Shown here: positions 50,575-64,000 of the stretch, in pieces | How the letters are laid out: the number at the start of each line of letters is the position of its first letter | Numbering within the stretch: position 1 is the first letter of the stretch | Origin: Malacoraja senta | Taxonomy: Eukaryota | Length of the DNA: 64,000 nucleotides | Direction of reading: 5' to 3' | Assembly: GCA_038087875.1 (NCBI GenBank) | Contig: CM075989.1 | Coordinates: 19,408,001 to 19,472,000, forward strand | Notes under the pieces: model-generated | What the model saw: only the letters and a program-made list of their open reading frames with translations | Databases searched by the model: none | Told to the model about the DNA's origin: nothing | Position numbers and translations under genes: made by a program

Positions 50575-50671
50575 GATGGACACAAACTGCTGGATTAACT
50601 CAGCAGGTCAAGCAGCATCTATGGAGGAAAGGAATCGGTGACGTTTCGGATCAAGACCCTTCTTCAGACTG
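50575..50671 (-). mobile_element. Penelope-derived arm ending at a hammerhead motif
   Basis: GGTGACGTTTCGGATCAAGACCCTTCTTCAGACT. Confidence 0.8.
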
Positions 50672-51290
50672 GTTTTATAACTTCAGACATACACATATAT
50701 TAGAAAGCAGGCCCATTTGCCCAGGATCATGAGTTAGTGAGGCCATGAACACCAGGAGGGTTCTGCACAGCAGTATCCAACTGTTAATGCAGGTGTAAAT
50801 GGCTCAGTTAACGTTCTAATAAAAGGCTAAAGGTGAAAAGAATATTTCAGCTCTTTGCGAAAGATTGTTTTTAAAGATTCCTTCAACTAGTTCTAATCAT
50901 GAGTGAATCACATTGTTATATTTTTTATGGCAAAAAAATTAGAACCATATCTACACAAGAGAGTTTTCATTAAGAAACATAAAACGCTCTTAGCTTTAAT
51001 GGTTTTCTACTTAAATTATCATTATGGGGGATTTTTCAGTTACTAATTAGGGGTGAGGTCAAGGAAGCTGGGGAGATTTTGATCTTATTTTGTAGTTACA
51101 CCTAATCATATCTTCCCTGGGGTTAAATGCTAGGCAAGAGACGCCAACCATACATAATAATTATATCAAGATTATATATTCGTTCGATGTACAAAATAGG
51201 ATAAATGTTATTTGGAATGAAAGATTCTCCTGGCCTTGCAACTCATTCCCTCATTCCGCTCTCTCATCTAACTGCAGGTTAATGAAATTT

Positions 51291-51638
51291 CAATAGACAA
51301 TAGACAATAGGTGCAGGAGTAGGCCATTCAATGTGATCATGGCTGATCATTCCCAATCAGTACCCCGTTCCTGCCTTCTCCCCATATCCCCTGGCTCCGC
51401 TATCTTTAAGAGCCCTATCTAGCTCTCTCTTGAAAGTATCCAGAGAACCTGCCTCCACCGCCCTCTGAGGCAGAGAATTCCACAGACTCTGTGTGAAAAA
51501 GTGTTTCTTCTTCTCAGTTCTAAATGGCTTACTCCTTAGTCTCAAACTGTGGCCCCTGGTTCTGGACTCCCCCAACATCGGGAACATGTATCCTGCCTCT
51601 AGCGTGTCCAAACCCTTAATAATCTTATATGTTTCAAT
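51291..51638 (-). mobile_element. CR1-type LINE 3' fragment
   Basis: IETYKIIKGLDTLEAGYMFPMLGESRTRGHSLRL and a (CAATAGA)n tail. Confidence 0.9.
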
Positions 51639-51971
51639 ATCCTGAATGCACAATAAAATGTTGTGTTCCCTTCCACACTGAAAACCTCATGAGGCTGAGA
51701 AGGAAATATTTGGATGGCTTCAGTACAAACTAAAATTTCTTTCTGTAACTAATTAGGGGGTCAGATGGGAATACTTTGCAAATTATGTCAAAGTAATTTC
51801 ATTTAAAGTTTTTCTTGAAAAACTTACAGATTATCAATGATCCCATTGGTTTTAAAACTCTCAAACAATCATTTTCAAACTGAAATGTAAAATAGCTTAA
51901 ATAAAATTAATATTGTTTTTGCTATTGTTTGTCATCATTTAAACAGCCAGGAACTATACTAAACTGTTTCA

Positions 51972-52447
51972 TGCTGGAAAGGGTACAGAGAAGATTTACA
52001 AGGATGTTGCCAGGACTAGAGAGTCTGAGCTATAGGGAGAGGTTGAGTAGGCTGGGACTGTTCCTTGCAGGAGGATGAGGGGTGATCTTATAGAGGTGTA
52101 TAACATCATGAGAGGAATAAATCAGGTGGATACACAAAGTCTCTTGCCCAGGGTAGGTGAATCAAGGACCAGAGGACATAGGTTTAAGGTGAAGAGGAAT
52201 AGATTTAATAGGAATCTGAGGGGTAACTTTTTCACACAAAGGGTGGTGGGTGTATGGAACAAGCTGCCGGAGGAGGTAGTTGAGGCAGGGACTATCCCAA
52301 TGTTTAAGAAACAGTTAGACAGGTCTATGGACAGGACAGGTTTGGAGGGATATGAACCAAACGCAGGCAGGTGGGACTCGTGTAGCTGGGACATGTTGGC
52401 CGGTGTGGGCAAGTTGGGCCAAAGGGCCTGTTATCACTCTATGACTA
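51972..52447 (+). mobile_element. CR1-type LINE 3' fragment
   Basis: RMRGDLIEVYNIMRGI...TRGHRFKVK...NFFTQRVVGVWNKLPEEVVEA. Confidence 0.9.
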
Positions 52448-52601
52448 TGTTAAAACGTCGCTTTCATGGATATGTGACTATAAACATTCACTTCCTCTTC
52501 ATGAATGTAGCTATCCAGTATAACTCACAAAATGAATTGGTAAGTACATTAGCTACGACTTATTATGTTAAGGCAGAGATGATTCTGCAGAAAAGTATAT
52601 G

Positions 52602-52780
52602 CACACACACAAACACACACACATATATGCACACACCTACACACAAACTCACACATACACACGCATGCACATACACTCACACACACTCACACACACGCTC
52701 ACATGCACACACACAAACACACACATGCACACACATGCACACACACACACACACACACACATACGCACACAAACATACAA
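52602..52780. repeat. Degenerate (CA)n microsatellite
   Basis: Directly visible. Confidence 0.9.
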
Positions 52781-54089
52781 TATTTTAAGTAACACAATTT
52801 CTATTTATTTACATTCATATGATGAAGCATAATGTGTGAAGGTATTGGATGGATATCAATGCTGAGAATCCATCAGACAACCTTGTTCTGATGGCAGCAA
52901 TTCCCAATGCACGCTGTATTCTCAGCCATCTCTTAGACTTCTGATGCACTGTTAACCACAATGCCAATTCTTCATAAAACTAATCTAGTAAAGTAAGGCC
53001 AAAAAATGAGTGGCGAGATCCACTGGAAGTGCTATAAGTGTGTTTCTTCTCATGTTTCTGTTTAATGTGTGTGCACAGACATTCAAAGCTTTCAAAGATG
53101 ATTTATCAAGTCTGTTTGAGAGTGCATGTTATTAATAATGTGTGCCCATTCATGTTGGCCTATGGATTTCGCTGGCAAAAATAACAAGTGCAACATATAC
53201 AATTACATTTGCTTCCTCGGGCTTGACAGCAATAACTTACCTCCTCTGTTGATACTGCGTTTGCGCAAACTTGTCTTCATATGTTATAAACCATTTCATT
53301 GCACTTAATATCTGGACATATTCTGTTACAGACTGCAGCCATTCTGCTTGTCACTGTGGTACTAACAATGATAACCCGAGGCTCTCGATGTCATGGAAAC
53401 TGATTTATTTCTCAATTAATGGTTTAAAATGAAGGCTCAAGGTGCAGCAAATTCAAATCTGCAGGTAGATCTGGGAACAGATTCAGCACAAAATGCTCAA
53501 ATTTTTCCATTTTGTACTGCACAACTTTGTGTGGAAATTGAAACTTTGTCCTTTGTGCATTTTGCATCATTTGAAACACATAAAATATAAAAATTCAAAC
53601 ACTCTCCTCTTGCTTACAGTAAAAGGCTCAATTGGGATGGAGTGGAGTCAGGCCATCAATAAAAACAACCAAGGCTAAGTTTGACATCCCTGATATACTT
53701 TTTTAATCTAGTGAATGTTCATCCCATTGGTAATAGGATTAGCCCCAAGAAATGCTTGAATTTAGCTAAATCCACCAGCTGAAATCCACAGACTCCCAGG
53801 TTGTTTGAAGTTGCAGTAACCAGGGTTAATGAAGGTATCAACTGCTGTTAATTCAGCTCTTTCTCTGTCAACATCAGTAAATCTTTCCATTTAGTCACAG
53901 AGTCACAGCGTGGAAACAGGCTCTTCATCCCAACTTGGCCAAGCCGACCAACATGGGCCTTAACATGGCATTTTAAGAAGTGGAGGGTGTTATGTTTCAG
54001 AAATCATTGCGTTAGAGTCATTATTCTTTATTAAAACGGGGGGGAGGTTGAAACTCAGCCACACATAATCTAAGGTGACAGAGGAGTCG

Positions 54090-54383
54090 ATAGAGACATG
54101 GAGTCATACAGCATGGAAACAGGTCCTACGGCCCAACTTGCCCATGCCAACCAACCAACTGCAATTAGTCCCACCTGCCTGTGTTTGGGCCAAATCTCTC
54201 TAATCCTATCATATCCATGTACCTCCATGTACCTGTCTAAACATTTCTTAAATGTTGCGATAGTCCCTGCTTCAACTACCTCCTCTGGCAGCTCGTTCCA
54301 TACACCCATCCATACGTTCCATACACCCATACATAAAAAAGTTACCCCTCAGGTTCCTAGTAAATCTATCCCCCACTCACCTT
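54090..54383 (-). mobile_element. CR1 3' fragment abutting the DIRS terminus
   Basis: GVWNELPEEVVEAGTIATFKKCLDRYM. Confidence 0.85.
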
Positions 54384-54689
54384 AAATAGTAAGATTAAAC
54401 GAGAACTTACCTAAGTTTGAAGTTTGATCTTTATTTTATGAGGAGTTACGTTGGTGATTACGTGAAGAACCCGCCAGTGCGCCTGCGCGTCAATCTTCGA
54501 AGCAGCGGTGTGAAATCACAAAAAACAACAAGCGAAGTAATATAGTAACATAATAAAATGAGTAATTCAAGAACTTCCATCTGACCTTTATGATAGAGGG
54601 TTGGGCCGTGGTGGGCACGTAATCACCAACGTAACTCCTCATAAAATAAAGATCAAACTTAGGTAAGTTCTTGTTTAATCTTACTATTT
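54384..54689. repeat. DIRS terminal inverted repeat pair (54384-54464 and 54616-54689)
   Basis: About 74 bp reverse-complement match, with one mismatch and a 7-bp AAGTTTG duplication in the outer arm. Confidence 0.93.
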
Positions 54690-57600
54690 TACTTTGGAGT
54701 CACGTGAGTGACTACGTGAAGATTTTAAAGCTTTGTGATTTCATGCCGCAGACAAATCCCGGCTTCTCACTGCATTGATTGACTCGGAACAAGAAATAAT
54801 CAATAATGCATTAATAATAACATTTGCCTGACAAATGCAGTAATTCATTTATTTGAATAAAAGAATTAACAGTATCCCCTTTAACCCAGGGAAATTTAAG
54901 CAGAACTTAATATAGTATCTGCAAACAGCCCCATATTGACAATAGGCCGATGGTAAAAGTGTTGAAACACCAACTTATTGGATCACCCGGCGGCTGTGAA
55001 AATATGGTCGACGGGACGTCCTTCGCCCTGGTCGTCAATGTTGCTGCTAAACTGAATGGAATGTAAAACCATCAATGTTCACACCTGCAGCAACCAAAAC
55101 TTGTTTTTAACCATCTTAAAATAGTCTGAACTGACACTATCTTGTATGGTTTTTCGTGAATGATAAACAATCTTGTTTTCATATTTCATAAGACCTTTGT
55201 AGCCTCAATGTATTGCAACAAATATGTCTTAACATATAGACATGGATCCATAGAATATGCTAATAAACTCTCTTGAATCTTATCACACCTGATCCTACTT
55301 AATTTGAGTAGGTCATCAAATGTAAAACATAACATAATCCTGAGGTACTTCCATCCTGTGTATCTGTAACTTTTGTAATGTTACAAGTGCCGTAAGCATG
55401 ACTACCTTCATGCTGAACTTGGCCAAATCAGAATCGTACCAAGACTCCATTGATGAAGTAGCTTAAAACAACTCTATATTCCAGATTCCCTCCTAGGTTT
55501 AGAAGGTCTGGAATTAAAATTCCTTTCATTAATCTGGAAATAAAAGAACGAAACTCAACAGGATGTCTTTCCAACCTCATCAATAAAAACAAGGAATAAT
55601 ATACTTCTGTCTGAATAAATCGCACTAACTCAACCCCTTAAATAGAGGTAAATCCAAGACATTTGCGTCATGTGCCATACAACATTCCATATCTTTTATA
55701 CACAGAAATGTTTTTCCCCTCATTCTTTACATAATGGGAAAGCAGCATTTACAGTCACAACTCAGATTCACAAATGTACTGCTTTTGCGTACTCTTCCGC
55801 CAGACAGCTGTAAGCATGTCCACAGCATGCCCAGACAATCCTCTTTTTTAAAACCTGCATCCATACAGGCATATGACGGATGTTACTCTCCAATTATCGA
55901 ATACACCAGTAACTTCCTTCTTTTGGGAACATTCATCAGAAACTGTGTCATAAATTCCAATATCAAAGGGAACCATGGCTGCGTAGATCCGTCTGGTACC
56001 ACGAATACCCCAGAGGCAGCATACTGCTTCATTTTAAGCAGACACCGATTTATGAGACAGGATGAAGTAAAATGCATATTACAACATACCATCCTAATAT
56101 AGCGAGAAACATCCATCGCTACTGTCTCCCGATGTAGTCCCATAACACATATCTCTGTAACTGGTGATTGAGTCTGGATGGAAACAAGTCATATCTGGCT
56201 TCCCAAATCTGACTATTATATCATTAAAAAATCTCAAGGTTAAACATCCATTCTTTGTTATCATAGAAATTCCACCCATACAATTAATACATGCCATTGC
56301 TGTAGTGTTGTTAATTTGAAACTGAACATGCAGTTTAGTTGTATTTAACAACAAGCTTGTAGCTCATAAGCCTTCCAATAGACTTTAAAACGTCGATTCT
56401 CCATGTCTGTAAAATAATACTTCTTCCATATTCCATCTGTCCACAGATGGATACCTTTTCAGTGGCACCAATCCTAATACACTGATATCAGTCTGTTAAG
56501 ACCATGGAAGGCTGTTCAATCCGTATCTTGCTTGAACTACTGAAGACATGTTAAATCCACTACTGCAATCAGAAGCAGCATTTGTTGTTTAATTGCATGG
56601 CCTATCAAAAAATGGCCATCATGCATCTTAGTGTTTTTTCTTTTTGCAGTCTGCAGCTGCCGGTAGTACAATGGCCCATAATTGTATTGCTGGAAATAAC
56701 ACTAATTCTCCTAACAAACTGGCCACCTGTCTTAATTGAAGATTGTTGCTTTTCCAACTACTTAATACAACCATCAATTAGCTTTACCATTTACCCTGGG
56801 TAAATTACTACCTTTTCAATTGAATCAAATAATCAATTGTTGTAAGTATCGTTAACTTAATTTCTCTCTGGATGAATTAAACCCAACTTTCAAAAGTGGT
56901 TTGAATAATTTGAGAGAGATAACTCCCGAATTCTCTTGTTTGTCCTAATTAGGACATCATCCAGTTAAGCCATCCACATCTGTCCTTGGACTCTAATTAG
57001 CCCCAAAATTGGTTTTACCAATTTAGTGAATTTCTAGGGACTGAAGTTAACCCGTTAGACAGAACTTTGAATTGCCATAATTGTTCCTTCAGATAATTTT
57101 ATCTTATAAATGAACAAACACTAAGTAATATACATCTTTCAGATCTATAAGTGCCATAAAACATCTTTTTTGAAATAAATTGTTTGGCAGTCTCAAAGTC
57201 TCCATTTTGAAGTGTCTATACTTCACAAAATTTTAAAGACTTGTCAGATCTAAAATACTCCTCACCTTTTTAGGTTGAGAAATTTTAAACACAATTTGGT
57301 GGTTTTGATGAACCGACCTTTCAATTACTTGTTTATAAACAAGTTTTCAATTCAGCTTGAACCTCCATCAATTATTTTTATGTGAAATTGGAGTGTTCTG
57401 CTTGGAACATGCTGGATGGCAAATCAGTATTTGAATCGAATCAATTCGAAACCTTTCTATAATACTCAGAATAATAACTGAAGTCATTTGCTTCCAATAT
57501 TTGGCTGTTTTTGCCTTAATATGTTCCCATAAGAACCAGGTCCACCTACCTCCTTTGTCATCTGAGTGACCTGTGGTCCCTGGCTCCTGGCAGGCAAAAC

Positions 57601-58453
57601 CCATGCTTTTTTGTTTTCCTGCTGCAGGACATCAACTGCGTACCTGCTTCAATGGCCGATTTGATCCTGATGTCGGTCCAGGATTTTGTATGATGTCTGA
57701 AAGGATACGTCATCTTTGCAGACTTGACGAACATTGATGTTGTGATCAACTTTGCTGTTTTTGCCTCATTATCCAACTCTTTTCTCTGAAGAATAAGTTG
57801 AATGACTGCACATTGCTGGGCTTTACAGAGTTGCTGCAACTTTGGGTTGATGGTGGACCGAATGGCATACTTCCTGAAACAATTCATCTTGAAGTGGGCA
57901 CTACATAGCAACCTTAGTGCCACTTGATGCATCTCCATCCATGGCCTCCATGCATTGTTTTGCAAATTGCAGTTGTTCATCAACCCAGCAGCTTTTACTT
58001 TCCTTAGGCTTACATGCCTTCACCCATCTGACCCCTTATCTTGGTTCACTGCTAGTACTTTCAGCAATACGCAGTTCCTTGGGATCTCGTGCTTTTTTGG
58101 CATTTTCATCCATCATAAGTTACTAGAGCTGATGGCAGACACAATAGTTGATCACAGAGACCACGTCCTTTCCAATGGCTCTCCTGACTCTGACGGGGCA
58201 GCGAATCGTACTACCAGGAGTAAAACATCTGGCAGCTGCCGTCTTCGCTTGTTTTGGAAACTCTGCTGACCCTGTGCACACGCCTCATCAATGAGGGTGC
58301 TATCAAGCAGCCCTTTACTAGGTGCTGCTGACCTGGCTTCTGGAGCCTGGTTCTAACATCACTCCTCCTGGAGTATGTTTTGTTGGAGCAACCTGTTGCT
58401 TGGAGTCTCATGCTTTTTTGAAGTATCATCCATCTCCTGCTGTTCCAGCTGAT
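54384..58453 (-). mobile_element. Decayed DIRS1-like tyrosine-recombinase retrotransposon (gag?-RT-RNaseH-MT-YR), 5' end lost in the gap
   Basis: Hand-translated minus-strand remnants. RT: FMALIDLKDVYYLV (~57120-57165) and QFKVLSNGLTSVPR..FTKLVKPILGLIRVQGQMWMA*LDDV (~56950-57085). RNase H: HVQFQINNTTAMACINCMGG. MT: GVFVVPDGSTQPWFP. YR: LFIIHEKPYKIVSVQTILRWLK..AAGVNIDGFTFHS..DHIFTAAG*SNKLVFQHFYHRPI (~54940-55200). Terminal inverted repeat / ICR-type structure at the end. Confidence 0.9.
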
Positions 58454-58653
58454 NNNNNNNNNNNNNNNNNNNNNNNNNNNNNNNNNNNNNNNNNNNNNNN
58501 NNNNNNNNNNNNNNNNNNNNNNNNNNNNNNNNNNNNNNNNNNNNNNNNNNNNNNNNNNNNNNNNNNNNNNNNNNNNNNNNNNNNNNNNNNNNNNNNNNNN
58601 NNNNNNNNNNNNNNNNNNNNNNNNNNNNNNNNNNNNNNNNNNNNNNNNNNNNN
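58454..58653. other. Assembly gap (200 N)
   Basis: Run of N. Confidence 1.

Positions 58654-64000
<5,347 letters not shown>

Noticed and set aside
52075..52788. 237-aa ORF
   Set aside because: A CR1 fragment reading through by chance into a CA microsatellite.

Overview
Vertebrate genomic DNA, most likely a cartilaginous fish (skate or ray), judged from HE1/V-SINE-like, CR1, Rex1 and Penelope-derived repeats. The only host gene sequence is the terminal, homeodomain-coding exon of ONECUT1/HNF6 (minus strand, 24326-24618). It is followed by an inferred 3'UTR of at least 4.3 kb with nine miR-9 and four let-7 seed sites. The CUT-domain exon 1 is absent from the called bases and lies either in an N gap or beyond the window. 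About 17.6-49 kb looks CpG-retaining and LINE-poor, while the flanks carry Rex1, L1, CR1 and a decayed DIRS tyrosine-recombinase retrotransposon. The most striking system is roughly 25 short Penelope-derived elements, many palindromic and TSD-flanked. Their centre is a minimal hammerhead ribozyme motif (CTGAAGA-A-stem II-GAAAC-GTC/GTT), and one copy is contiguous with a GIY-YIG endonuclease remnant. Bases 58654-64000 duplicate 36348-41681 almost exactly and start right after an assembly gap, so they are probably a haplotig. Repeat boundaries were read by eye and are approximate.
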